From Gemmatimonadaceae bacterium (GTDB taxonomy: Bacteria; Gemmatimonadota; Gemmatimonadetes; Gemmatimonadales; Gemmatimonadaceae), in contig JBMTAR010000001.1 of NCBI GenBank assembly GCA_049428925.1, positions 1 to 33,805 of the forward strand: 33,805 nucleotides of DNA. The letters run 5' to 3'. This document shows, one piece after another, positions 18,171 through 26,580 of the stretch. The translations under genes were made by a program, and so were the position numbers. How positions within the stretch are numbered: position 1 is the first letter of the stretch; the number at the start of each line of letters is the position of its first letter. The notes under the pieces are model-generated. The model made no database searches. It was not told where the DNA came from and worked only from the letters and a program-made list of their open reading frames with translations.

Positions 18171-18664
18171 CGGCGGGTCCCGGCCAGCGCGCGGGCCAAC
18201 GGCTGCCGGAGCGCGCAGGTCAGCGCCGCAGCGACGCCGTCGGCGGCGTCCGCCGGCTGCGGGGGGGTCTTCAGGCGGAGGAGTTGCGAGACCATGTATT
18301 GCACCTGGGTCTTGGTGGCGGCGCCGGTGCCGGTGATCGCCTTCTTGATGTCGGCGGGCGGGTATTCGAGGATGGGCAACCCCGCCTCCGCGCCCGCGAG
18401 GAGGATCACGCCGCGAGCGTGGCCGAGCACGATGGTGGTGCGGACGTTTCGCGCGTAGAAGATCGCTTCGACGGCCATCGCGTCGGGGCGATGACGCGCC
18501 AGCAGCTCGCGGACCCCCTCGGCGATGTCACGGAGCCGTTCCGGCAGCGGCTGCGTGGGCGCCGTACGGATCACCCCGCACTCGACGAGCGTGGGGCGCG
18601 GGTCGGCGCGCACGACGCCGAACCCGGTGACCGCGGTGCCGGGGTCGATGCCGAGGATCAGCAC
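18167..18664 (-). CDS. ruvC: Crossover junction endodeoxyribonuclease RuvC
   Basis: ILGIDPG, AVEAIF, LGHARGV, IKKAITGTGAATKTQV and DAADGVA. Start set at GTG 18664; the exact start is uncertain. Confidence 0.95.
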   Translation of the reverse strand: MLILGIDPGTAVTGFGVVRADPRPTLVECGVIRTAPTQPLPERLRDIAEGVRELLARHRPDAMAVEAIFYARNVRTTIVLGHARGVILLAGAEAGLPILEYPPADIKKAITGTGAATKTQVQYMVSQLLRLKTPPQPADAADGVAAALTCALRQPLARALAGTRR

Positions 18665-18686
18665 GGTCGGCCCCGAGGCACCGCGC

Positions 18687-19430
18687 TCACCCCGCGGACA
18701 TCTCCGACATATCCATGTCGAAGTTCGCGTCGACCTTCTGCACGTCGTCGAGGTCCTCGAGTGCCTCGAGGAGCTTGAGCAGCTGCTCCGCCGTCGTCCC
18801 TTCGACGCGCACCGTGCTCTTCGGGATCCAGGCCAGCGCCGCCTCGCTCGCGACGAGTCCCGCCGTCTCGAGGGCCCGCGAGACGGCATGCAGGTCGGCC
18901 GGCGCCGTGGTGATCACGAACTGATCGTCCTCGCGCGTGAAGTCCTCGGCACCCGCCTCCAGGATCGGTTCCATCACCGCGTCCTCGTCTCGGCCGTTCG
19001 CGGGGACGGTGATCTGTCCCTTCCGGTCGAACATGAACGCGACCGAGTTCGACGTGCCGAGGTTGCCGCCGCCGCGCGAGAGCTTGGCGCGAATCTCGGC
19101 GACGGTGCGCGTCGGGTTGTCGGAGAGCGCCTGGATCATCAGAGCGACGCCGCCGGGCCCGTACGCCTCGTACAGCACCTCGGTGTAGTCGACCCCTTCG
19201 AGCTCGCCGGTGCCCTTCTTGACGGCGCGCTCGATGTTCTCCTTGGGGCAGGACTGCGCCTTCGCGTTGTCGATGGCCGTCCGGAGCCGCGGGTTGCCGT
19301 CGGGGTCGCCGCCGCCGGCCTTCGCGGCGACGGTGATCTCACGTAGCAGCTTCGTGAAGATGGCGCCGCGCTTCGCGTCGGCCGCCGCCTTGTAGTGCTT
19401 GATCTGTTTCCACTTGCTATGGCCGGCCAT
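18687..19430 (-). CDS. yebC: YebC/PmpR family protein
   Basis: MAGHSKW, NPRLR, YEAYGPGGVA, DNPTRT and LEDLDDVQ; canonical position upstream of ruvC. Confidence 0.96.
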   Translation of the reverse strand: MAGHSKWKQIKHYKAAADAKRGAIFTKLLREITVAAKAGGGDPDGNPRLRTAIDNAKAQSCPKENIERAVKKGTGELEGVDYTEVLYEAYGPGGVALMIQALSDNPTRTVAEIRAKLSRGGGNLGTSNSVAFMFDRKGQITVPANGRDEDAVMEPILEAGAEDFTREDDQFVITTAPADLHAVSRALETAGLVASEAALAWIPKSTVRVEGTTAEQLLKLLEALEDLDDVQKVDANFDMDMSEMSAG

Positions 19431-19467
19431 CGGACATCCGTCAGGGAGGGCGGGGCGAGGCGGCGCC

Positions 19468-20562
19468 TCAGTTCCAGCGGACCGTGAGGCTGCCGCGGAA
19501 TCCGGAGAGGCGGGTCTCGCTCCCGTCGGTGAGGTCGAACAGGGTCCCCGTGCTGAGGCCCACCGAAGGATACACGCCCAGCGCGCCGAAGCCGATCCGC
19601 GCCCGGACGCCGAGACTCAGCAGGTTGCCGGCCTTCGAGCCGGCGGCGGTCCAGAGTCGCGTCTCGACGTTCGGTTGCACCAGCGTACCGCGCCAGGTGA
19701 GGCTCAGCCCGGTGGTGAAGTTGAAGACGTTCTCCCGCGGCGCGATGCCTCCGAGCTGTTCCCCTTCGAGCCGGAAGAGGTTCCAGGCCGAGACGAAGAC
19801 GTCGACGCCCTGCACCGGGAAATACATCGAGGCCGACGCGGTGATGCGGTCGCCGGTACTGACCGAGGTCGTATCGGCGACATCGCGGCCGAAGGTCGAG
19901 TACGAGACGCCGAGATCGACCTGCCCGTCGCCGAGCGGACGGTCGACGCCGAGGCGGAGCCGGAGTTCGTCCGCCGGCGTGAACCGGTACTCGACGCTGT
20001 CGACCTCGAAGGCGGCGAAGTTGGTCGAGCGGCGCACGCTACCGCCGAGCCCGAGGTTCCATTCCCCGAGCGGGCGGGCGTAGGCGAGGCCGCCGGTGAC
20101 GGCGAGGCCATTGCCCATCGAGGAGACGGCGTAGTTGAGGAAGTCGTTGCCGATCTGCCCGGCCGCCTCCTGCTGCGCCTCCGGAATCAGGTACTGCCCG
20201 GTCGGCAGATTGAGGCCAAGCGTGACCAGCAGGTTGTCGCCGAGGGTGAGGTTGCCGCGCAACTGCGTGTCCGTCAGGCCGGAGATCGAGCTGGTGGTCA
20301 CACCGGCCGCACTCACACCGGAGGTCGCGAAGGCGGTCGTGACGTCCATCCCGAAGCGCGGGGTGAACGGCAGGAGGACCACCACGGGCATCGTGGTCTG
20401 CGTGACCGTGCGCTGGTCGGCGCCGATGCCGATCTGATACGCGGTGACGGTCGGTGCGCCGATGATGGCGCGACGGGTGTCCTGCGCCCCAGCGACCGAT
20501 CCGATCACGAGGAGTCCCAGGAGGATCCCGCCGAGGCGGGCCGAGCGGGCGGCGTGGCTCAC
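19468..20562 (-). CDS. Hypothetical exported protein, probable outer-membrane beta-barrel
   Basis: Signal peptide (...SVAGA|Q), alternating hydrophobic strands throughout, a SGLTDTQLR...LGLNLPTG segment reminiscent of Phenol_MetA_deg/SphA-type channels, and C-terminal strand SLTVRWN. GTGA overlap with the upstream gene. Confidence 0.7.
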   Translation of the reverse strand: MSHAARSARLGGILLGLLVIGSVAGAQDTRRAIIGAPTVTAYQIGIGADQRTVTQTTMPVVVLLPFTPRFGMDVTTAFATSGVSAAGVTTSSISGLTDTQLRGNLTLGDNLLVTLGLNLPTGQYLIPEAQQEAAGQIGNDFLNYAVSSMGNGLAVTGGLAYARPLGEWNLGLGGSVRRSTNFAAFEVDSVEYRFTPADELRLRLGVDRPLGDGQVDLGVSYSTFGRDVADTTSVSTGDRITASASMYFPVQGVDVFVSAWNLFRLEGEQLGGIAPRENVFNFTTGLSLTWRGTLVQPNVETRLWTAAGSKAGNLLSLGVRARIGFGALGVYPSVGLSTGTLFDLTDGSETRLSGFRGSLTVRWN

Positions 20563-21950
20563 GGGCGTCGAATCACGATGTTGACCGTCCCGGTGCGGAC
20601 GGGAACGTCGGTGCCGGTGGTGCTCGTCGTCGCATCACGCTGCGGCGCCGGGGCCGCCGCGGGCGCCGATGTCGTGGTCTGCACCGACACCGCCGGCGGA
20701 TTCAGCGACTGGGAGGCCGTCTGCAGCGTGTTTGAGATGCTCCCGCTGGCGGCGCTCGGCGCGGCCGCGCTTGTGGTGCCGGTCACGGCGGCCTGGACGG
20801 TGACCGCCTCGGCGGTCCCCTGGATGCTCGCTTCGATGGTGGCGGCGGTCACCTGGACCCCGGTGCTCGCCGCCTGGACCGCCGCGCTCGTCGCCTGTGC
20901 ACGCACCGCCGCGAGACCGAAGCCCGGGTCGATCGCGCGCGCGTCATCAAAGTACTTGGCGGCGTCCTCGAAGCGGCCGTCGTCCGACGCCTGCAAACCA
21001 CGGCTGTAGGCGAGGAAGGCGTTGAGGTTCGTCGTCGGGCGCCGCTCGACGAGCTGCCGCTCTGCCGGGGTGAGTGCAATACCGAGCCGCTCGAAGAGAC
21101 CGAACGCCAGCTGCTTCTCCATCGCGAACAGGTCGTCGAGGGCGTCGGTCACCGTCGCGCCGTCGCCGAAGCGGCCGTCGGCGACGGTCACAAGGCGGGC
21201 GTCGAGGGTCAGGCCCGTGGCGCCCTGCTGCAGAATCAACCCATTGACGAGGGTGCCCGCCCGAATCAACCGGCCGGCGCGCACCGCGCTCCCGGAGTCG
21301 ACGGCGCCGGAGGCCCCCAGTGCAATCTCGTCGGCGAGCGCCTGCATCCGGTCCCGCTCGACGACGGTGAGCTTCGCGGAGCGGCTGAGGTCCGTAATCA
21401 ACAGCTCGGCAAGGCCGCGCTCGAGCGGCTTGAGGGTCGTGTCGGTCCCGCGGAAGGTGAGTGGGGGGACGGCGATCGTGAGCGGGTCGCCCGGGACCGT
21501 CGCCAGCCGTGCTTCATTGGCGACGGCGGCTTTCGCCGCGGCCACGGCCTCCTGCCGGGCGAGCGCGACGAGGCGCGCTCGAATCTGCTCTTTCGCCCGC
21601 CGGCTCACGCCGACTGCGAGATACGCCTCGTACGCGCGCCGGGCGGCCGTCAGGTCGTTGAGCCCTTCCGCCGCGAGTCCGGCATAGAGGGCCGCGACGC
21701 CGTCCTTCGGGTCGATGGTCCTCGCACGCTCGAGGACCTGGGTGGCCTCCCGAAAACGCTGCGCCTTGAAGTAGGCGACGCCCAGCGCACGGAGCGCAGG
21801 GACGCTCTGCGGGTTGCGCTGGCGCGCCGCCTCGAGCCGAGCAATCGGGTCACCACGCTGCGCCAAGGCCGGCATGGCGACCAGCAGGAGGAGCACTACG
21901 GCGCGACGAGCGGGGCGCAGAGAAGGCGCCACGAGGCGGAAACGGATCAT
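20559..21950 (-). CDS. Exported TPR + CsgG/TolB_N-like domain protein with a low-complexity Ser/Thr/Ala tail
   Basis: Signal peptide (...MPALA|Q), TPR helices (LGVAYF, AALYAGLA), IAVPPL...GLAELLITDL...LTVVERDRMQALADEIAL...AVRAGRLIRA typical of CsgG/FlgO/TolB_N folds, then PTTNLNAFLAYSRG-TPR and an S/T/A-rich tail. Confidence 0.75.
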   Translation of the reverse strand: MIRFRLVAPSLRPARRAVVLLLLVAMPALAQRGDPIARLEAARQRNPQSVPALRALGVAYFKAQRFREATQVLERARTIDPKDGVAALYAGLAAEGLNDLTAARRAYEAYLAVGVSRRAKEQIRARLVALARQEAVAAAKAAVANEARLATVPGDPLTIAVPPLTFRGTDTTLKPLERGLAELLITDLSRSAKLTVVERDRMQALADEIALGASGAVDSGSAVRAGRLIRAGTLVNGLILQQGATGLTLDARLVTVADGRFGDGATVTDALDDLFAMEKQLAFGLFERLGIALTPAERQLVERRPTTNLNAFLAYSRGLQASDDGRFEDAAKYFDDARAIDPGFGLAAVRAQATSAAVQAASTGVQVTAATIEASIQGTAEAVTVQAAVTGTTSAAAPSAASGSISNTLQTASQSLNPPAVSVQTTTSAPAAAPAPQRDATTSTTGTDVPVRTGTVNIVIRRP

Positions 21951-21955
21951 AGTCT

Positions 21956-21985
21956 AAGGTATGAAGGGCGGCCGGCGACCGGCAA
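21956..21985 (-). promoter_or_regulatory. Candidate sigma70-type promoter TTGCCG-N18-TACCTT, with the -10 box 5 nt before the ATG at 21950
   Basis: Minus strand: TTGCCG (21980-21985), 18 nt, TACCTT (21956-21961), agact, ATG. Confidence 0.45.
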
Positions 21986-22014
21986 GCGAATCAGCCCCGC
22001 CGGAGCTGATTCGC
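21986..22014 (-). terminator. Inverted repeat / possible terminator hairpin overlapping the stop of the 132-aa ORF
   Basis: GCGAATCAGC (21986-21995) and GCTGATTCGC (22005-22014) form perfect 10-bp arms, extendable to 13 bp with a G-U pair on the minus strand; only TT follows. Confidence 0.4.
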
Positions 22015-22389
22015 CAAGCTCGAGAGTTCCCGTCGCGCGGCCCCGGTCAGCACGCTGTCCAGTGCGTCGCGCAGGTGCACGACAGCCTCGGCGGTGGTAG
22101 TGGCCTCGGCCCCCTCGCTCGCCGCCACGGCCCGGAGGACCGCCGTCCGTACCGCAGGTGCGAGCGTCACGGCGGGCAGCCACGCGCGGATCGCCTCCGC
22201 CCGACGCGTCCGGGCTTCCGGGGCGAGCGCCCGAGGGCTGATTCCGGCGGAGACCAGCCGGACGGCCATCACGCCCGCCATCAGCGCCTCCCGTCCCCCA
22301 CCATGTGGCGCCTCCGCGGCGGCCCGTAACAGCGCGGGCGCCGGGAAGCGGGGGCGGGACAGCGCGAATGCGGGGAGCGGAACCTTCAT
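21991..22389 (-). CDS. Hypothetical all-helical protein
   Basis: 132-aa ORF fills the gap between the TPR gene and the divergent ABC gene; Ala/Leu amphipathic helices; no recognisable motif. Confidence 0.6.
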   Translation of the reverse strand: MKVPLPAFALSRPRFPAPALLRAAAEAPHGGGREALMAGVMAVRLVSAGISPRALAPEARTRRAEAIRAWLPAVTLAPAVRTAVLRAVAASEGAEATTTAEAVVHLRDALDSVLTGAARRELSSLANQLRRG

Positions 22390-22456
22390 CCCGAGAAAGT
22401 GGTGCGCGTCGAGGCGCCGGCGGAAGAGGGTGATGGATGGCCCTGACGGGCGGGGC

Positions 22457-22462
22457 TATCTT
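22457..22462 (+). promoter_or_regulatory. -10-like box TATCTT, 6 nt before the ATG at 22469
   Basis: ggc-TATCTT-ccgccg-ATG; no SD. Confidence 0.6.
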
Positions 22463-22468
22463 CCGCCG

Positions 22469-24286
22469 ATGCACGTCTATCGACGGCTTCTGCCGTTCCT
22501 CCGCCCGCATCGCGGGCGTCTGGCCGGCAACGTCGTGCTCAACATCGTCGCGGCCGCGCTCGACGGCATCGCGTTCACCCTGCTGATCCCCTTCCTCAAC
22601 ACCCTGTTCGGTCTGCCGGCGCAGATCGCCGGGGGGATGGGGTGGCTCACGCGGCTCCAGACGGGGCTCATCGGTCCCCTCCTCGACCCGGCCGACCCGA
22701 TGGGGTCGCTGCGCAGCGTCATCCTCGTCCTCATCGGGATGGTCGCGCTCAAGAACCTCTTCCTGTGGGGCGGTGGGCAGTTCGGCGCCTCCCTCCAGGA
22801 ATACATCACGCGCGACCTGCGGCACGCCGTCTTCACGCATCTGCAGCGACTCCCCCTCCCCTGGTTCAGTCGGATGCGCACGGGGCAGGTCCTCGCCCGG
22901 GTGCTGACCGACACCGAGCAGACGAAGGCGGTCCTCGCCGAGGTGGCGACGCGCTCCGTGCAGAACGTGGCGGCGATCGTCGTGACCATAGTAATCCTCT
23001 TCCGAATGTCACCGCGGTTGACCCTCGCCGCGCTCGTGATTGCGCCGGCGCTGATGGCGCTCCTGCAGCCGCTGCTGCGTCGGCTCCGCACCGGGCACCG
23101 GCGGCTGCGGCATGAGTACGGCGAGATGACGAGCGTGCTGCAGGAAGTGGTGAGCGGGATCCGTCTCGTGAAGTCGTTCCGCGGTGAGCGCTATGAGGAG
23201 GGTCGTTTCCTCGGCGCGTCGGCCGGCTACTCGCGCGGGATGACACGGATGCAGCGCCTCGCGCTCCTCGCCGGCCCGCTGACCGAGGTCCTCGGCACGC
23301 TGATCGCGATGGGGGTCCTCTGGCTCGGTGCGCGTGAGGTGCTCGAGACGCGGACCATGGACGGTGGGATCCTGATCACCTTCATGGTGCTGGTGATGCG
23401 GCTGCTCCAGCCGATCAAGCAGCTCTCGCAGGCGCCGACGACGGCACAGCAGTCGTTCGCCGCCGCGGAGCGCCTCTTCGAGATCCTCGACCATCCCACG
23501 GAGACGGCGACTGACCGCGGGCACCGCTCGGTCACGTCGTTCGCCGAGGCCATCGCCTTCGATGGCGTCGGCTTCTCGTACGGCGAGACGCCGGTCCTCA
23601 CCGACATCACCTTCACGGCGCGCCGCGGCGAGGTGGTCGCGCTCGTCGGGGCGAGCGGGGCCGGGAAGAGCACGCTTGTCGACCTCCTCCCGCGCTTCAT
23701 CGAGCCCACGGCGGGGCGTGTGACGCTCGATGGCATCGACACCCGTGAGATCCCGCTCGCAACGCTCCGTTCCCTCATCGGCATCGTGAGCCAGGACACG
23801 GTCCTGTTCCACGACACCGTGCGCGCGAACATCGCGTACGGCGCCCCTGACCGATACACCGCGGCACAGATCGAGGCCGCGGCGCGCGCGGCGAACGCAC
23901 ACGACTTCATCCACGCCCTCCCGCAGGGGTACGACACCATCCTCGGCGAGCGTGGCACGCTGCTCTCGGGCGGTCAGCGGCAACGCCTCGCCATCGCGCG
24001 CGCGCTGCTCACCGATCCTCCGATTCTGATCCTCGACGAGGCCACCTCCGCGCTCGACACCGAGAGCGAGCGCCTCGTGCAGGAGGCGATCGACCGGCTC
24101 CTCGCGGGGCGGACGGTCTTCGTGATCGCGCATCGGCTCTCGACGGTCGTGCACGCCGCGCAGATCCTCGTGCTCGACCGCGGCCGGATCATCGAGCGCG
24201 GCACGCACGGCGAACTGCTCGCACGGGACGGCGCGTACGCGCGCCTCCACGCGATGCAGCAGCCCGGGGTGCCACGCGGTGGCTGA
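22469..24286 (+). CDS. msbA: ABC exporter, fused TMD-NBD, MsbA-like lipid A flippase
   Basis: TM domain, Walker [11 protein letters not shown]-loop VSQD, signature LSGGQRQR, Walker [13 protein letters not shown] and H-loop IAHRLST; adjacent to a lipid A acyltransferase. Start set at ATG 22469. The msbA symbol rests on context. Confidence 0.8.
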   Translation: MHVYRRLLPFLRPHRGRLAGNVVLNIVAAALDGIAFTLLIPFLNTLFGLPAQIAGGMGWLTRLQTGLIGPLLDPADPMGSLRSVILVLIGMVALKNLFLWGGGQFGASLQEYITRDLRHAVFTHLQRLPLPWFSRMRTGQVLARVLTDTEQTKAVLAEVATRSVQNVAAIVVTIVILFRMSPRLTLAALVIAPALMALLQPLLRRLRTGHRRLRHEYGEMTSVLQEVVSGIRLVKSFRGERYEEGRFLGASAGYSRGMTRMQRLALLAGPLTEVLGTLIAMGVLWLGAREVLETRTMDGGILITFMVLVMRLLQPIKQLSQAPTTAQQSFAAAERLFEILDHPTETATDRGHRSVTSFAEAIAFDGVGFSYGETPVLTDITFTARRGEVVALVGASGAGKSTLVDLLPRFIEPTAGRVTLDGIDTREIPLATLRSLIGIVSQDTVLFHDTVRANIAYGAPDRYTAAQIEAAARAANAHDFIHALPQGYDTILGERGTLLSGGQRQRLAIARALLTDPPILILDEATSALDTESERLVQEAIDRLLAGRTVFVIAHRLSTVVHAAQILVLDRGRIIERGTHGELLARDGAYARLHAMQQPGVPRGG

Positions 24287-25214
24287 TCGCGTGGTCCACC
24301 CGCCGACCACCGCGCAACGCCTCGAGTACGTCGCGCTCCGGTCGGCGGCCTTCCTCCTCAGTCCCTTCGGGTGGCGCGCTGCCTCGGCGGTCGGCGCCGG
24401 CGTCGGGGCATTTGTGTATCGCATCCTCCGCCTCCGCGCTGATCGCGTGGAGCGGGCGATCCGCGCCTGCTTCCCGGAGTTCTCGGAGGCCCGCGTGCGC
24501 GCCGTCGCCGCGGCGAGCTACCGGAGCATCGGGCGCGTGATGTTCGAGAGCATCTATCTCTCCCGTGCGACGCCCGCCGAGGTGCTCGGTGCCTTCAGTG
24601 GGGTCGAGGGGCGCGACGTCCTCGAGGCCGCCTACGCGCAGGGCAAAGGCGTGATTCTCGCCGCCGGGCACATCGGGAACTGGGAGCTGAGCGGCGCCTG
24701 GCTCGGCGCCTCGGGGCTCCCGGTCGACGGGATCACGATGCATATGGCGAACCCACTCTCCGACCGCTTCTTCGCCCGCACGCGCGAGCGGCTCGGGATG
24801 CGCGTGATCTTCGACGACGAGGCGGTCCGCGCCGTCCCGCGGTCGCTGCGCGAGAATCGTGCGATCGGCTTCGTCTCCGACCAGAGTGCGAAGGGGCTCG
24901 CCAGCACGATCGTCCCCTTCTTCGGGCGTCCCGCGCGCACGCCGCGCGGCGCCGCCGTCTTCGCGATGCGCGGCGATGTTCCCATCGTCTTCATCTCCGC
25001 CATCCGGCAGCCCGATGGCCGCTATCTCGAGCGCTTCGAGGCCGTCCCGACCGTACGCACCGGGGACCGCGACGCCGACATCGACGCGACGGTGCTCCGC
25101 TACACGCAGGTGCTCGAGCAGCTCGTGCGTGCGCACCCTGAGCAGTACTTCTGGCAGCACCGCCGCTGGAAGGGCCAGCCGTCGGACACCCCGGCGCATC
25201 TCCGCGAACCGTGA
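24279..25214 (+). CDS. Lipid A biosynthesis acyltransferase (LpxL/HtrB family)
   Basis: Catalytic GHIGNWE, DQ...VPFFG and PEQYFWQHRRWK; overlaps the ABC gene by 8 nt. Confidence 0.9.
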   Translation: MADRVVHPPTTAQRLEYVALRSAAFLLSPFGWRAASAVGAGVGAFVYRILRLRADRVERAIRACFPEFSEARVRAVAAASYRSIGRVMFESIYLSRATPAEVLGAFSGVEGRDVLEAAYAQGKGVILAAGHIGNWELSGAWLGASGLPVDGITMHMANPLSDRFFARTRERLGMRVIFDDEAVRAVPRSLRENRAIGFVSDQSAKGLASTIVPFFGRPARTPRGAAVFAMRGDVPIVFISAIRQPDGRYLERFEAVPTVRTGDRDADIDATVLRYTQVLEQLVRAHPEQYFWQHRRWKGQPSDTPAHLREP

Positions 25215-26446
25215 GGGACGCCGTGGGCGAGGTGAGGCGCGATGGAATGCGCGAGACCGTGCGCGATGGACGGCGCGACGCGGTGACGGGCGCGGGCTAT
25301 AACGTCGAGGCGATGCGCGCGCGCGAGTTCCCCTGGGAGGCGGCGGGCGACGCGATCCACCTCGACCACGCGTCGATCGGGCCGCTCCCGCAGTGCGCCC
25401 GCGACGCCGTCGCCGTCTATGACGCACGGCGCGCGGAGCCGCATCGGCTTGGCGCCGAGGATTTCTTCCCCGTGCTCGACCGGGCGCGGTCCCTCGTGGC
25501 GTCGCTCATCGGTGCGACGGCCGCGGAGGTCGCGCTCACCACGAACACGAGCTGGGGGGTGAACCTCGCGGCCTATGCGCTCCCGCTCGGCCCCGGCGAC
25601 ATCGTGCTCGGGAGCGAGGGGGAGTTCCCGGCCAACGTGTATCCCTGGATGGCGGCGGCGCGCGCGCGCGGCTTCACCTACGAGCGGCTCCCGCTCGTCG
25701 GGAGCGGTCCGGATGTCGCGGGGCTGCTCGCACGCATTGAGGGGGATCCGCGGGTCCGCGCCGTCGCGCTCTCGTGGGTGTCGTTCTGGAGCGGAGCGCG
25801 GATCGACCTCGACGCGATCGGCGCCGCCTGCCGTGCCCGTGGCATCTGGTTCGCCGTCGATGCCATCCAGGGGCTCGGGCCCCTCGCGCTCGACCTGCGC
25901 ACCACGCCCGTCGACATCGTCTCGTGCGGGGCGCAGAAGTGGCTCTGCTCGCCGTGGGGGAGCGGCTTTGTGTACGTGCGCCGCGCGCTCATCGAGCGAC
26001 TCGAGCCCCCGGCCGCCGGGTGGCTGGCGCAGGCGAGCTCGGGGGACTTCGGTCGCTTCCTCGATTACGACCCCGCCTGGCACGCCGACGCGCGACGCTT
26101 CGAGGTCGGGACGATCCCATATCAGGACGTCGTCGGGATGAACGCGACCCTCGAGCTCCTCCACGCCCTCGGACCGGCGGCGGTCGCGTCGCACGTGTGC
26201 GCGCTCACGCGTCGGCTGCTCGACTGGGCAGCCGACGCGCGCGAGGTGCGCGTCCTCACGCCGATGGCGGATGCGGCGCGCGCCGGCATTGTGGCCCTCG
26301 TGACCCCCGACCTCGATGGTGATGCGGCGCGGCTCCGGGCGGCGCGCGTGACGCATTCGGTGCGCGAGGGGGCGATCCGTCTCTCGCCGCACTTCCACAA
26401 CACCGTCGCCGACGTCGACGCCGCCATCCGCGCGATCGGTCGGTAG
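25211..26446 (+). CDS. Class V PLP-dependent enzyme (SufS/CefD/EgtE-like fold)
   Basis: IHLDHASIGP, TTNTSWG, EFPAN, VDAIQG, SCGAQKWL (PLP lysine), RFEVGT and IRLSPHFHN. The true start may be later than GTG 25211. Confidence 0.88.
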   Translation: MRDAVGEVRRDGMRETVRDGRRDAVTGAGYNVEAMRAREFPWEAAGDAIHLDHASIGPLPQCARDAVAVYDARRAEPHRLGAEDFFPVLDRARSLVASLIGATAAEVALTTNTSWGVNLAAYALPLGPGDIVLGSEGEFPANVYPWMAAARARGFTYERLPLVGSGPDVAGLLARIEGDPRVRAVALSWVSFWSGARIDLDAIGAACRARGIWFAVDAIQGLGPLALDLRTTPVDIVSCGAQKWLCSPWGSGFVYVRRALIERLEPPAAGWLAQASSGDFGRFLDYDPAWHADARRFEVGTIPYQDVVGMNATLELLHALGPAAVASHVCALTRRLLDWAADAREVRVLTPMADAARAGIVALVTPDLDGDAARLRAARVTHSVREGAIRLSPHFHNTVADVDAAIRAIGR

Positions 26447-26511
26447 CGCGCCGCGACCGCACCGCGACCGCGTCTCGACCGCGTGGCGAGCCCGCCGCAG
26501 GCGCAGGCACC

Positions 26512-26574
26512 AACGGCGGGAATCTCGGTCGACGCGCCCGGCGCGTCGGGCCCGATTCCCGCGCCCGTTATCTT
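26512..26574 (+). terminator. Long imperfect hairpin followed by TTATCTTT; possible intrinsic terminator
   Basis: GCGGGAATC (26516-26524) pairs with GATTCCCGC (26554-26562), and inner CGACGCGC (26530-26537) pairs with GCGCGTCG (26541-26548); a T-rich run follows. Confidence 0.45.
26569..26574 (+). promoter_or_regulatory. -10-like box TATCTT, 6 nt before the prfC GTG
   Basis: cgt-TATCTT-tcgacg-GTG; no SD. Confidence 0.6.
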
Positions 26575-26580
26575 TCGACG

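Noticed and set aside
20559-21950. Curli secretion system, or a horizontally acquired island (a few more A/T-ending codons here)
   Set aside because: No curlin-repeat or csgE/F genes and no lipobox. The compositional shift is slight, unquantified, and has no integrase, tRNA or flanking repeats.
22094-22468. 125-aa N-terminal extension of the ABC transporter in the ORF track (likewise the extensions on rpe, def, ruvC, HAD, the peptidase, the regulator and the last gene)
   Set aside because: They overlap neighbouring genes and are low-information sequence. Better starts are supported by family N-termini, start/stop overlaps or the TAnnnT box.
25211-25290. Imperfect repeats at the PLP-enzyme N-terminus (RDAV / RRDG / VRDG)
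   Set aside because: Short and degenerate with no spacer structure; most likely low-complexity slippage, not a CRISPR or functional repeat.
25298-25315. TATAAC 9 nt before ATG 25313 as another leaderless promoter
   Set aside because: It lacks the final T, the spacing is off, and it encodes YNVEAMRAREFP, which matches the usual N-terminus of this enzyme family and so is probably coding.
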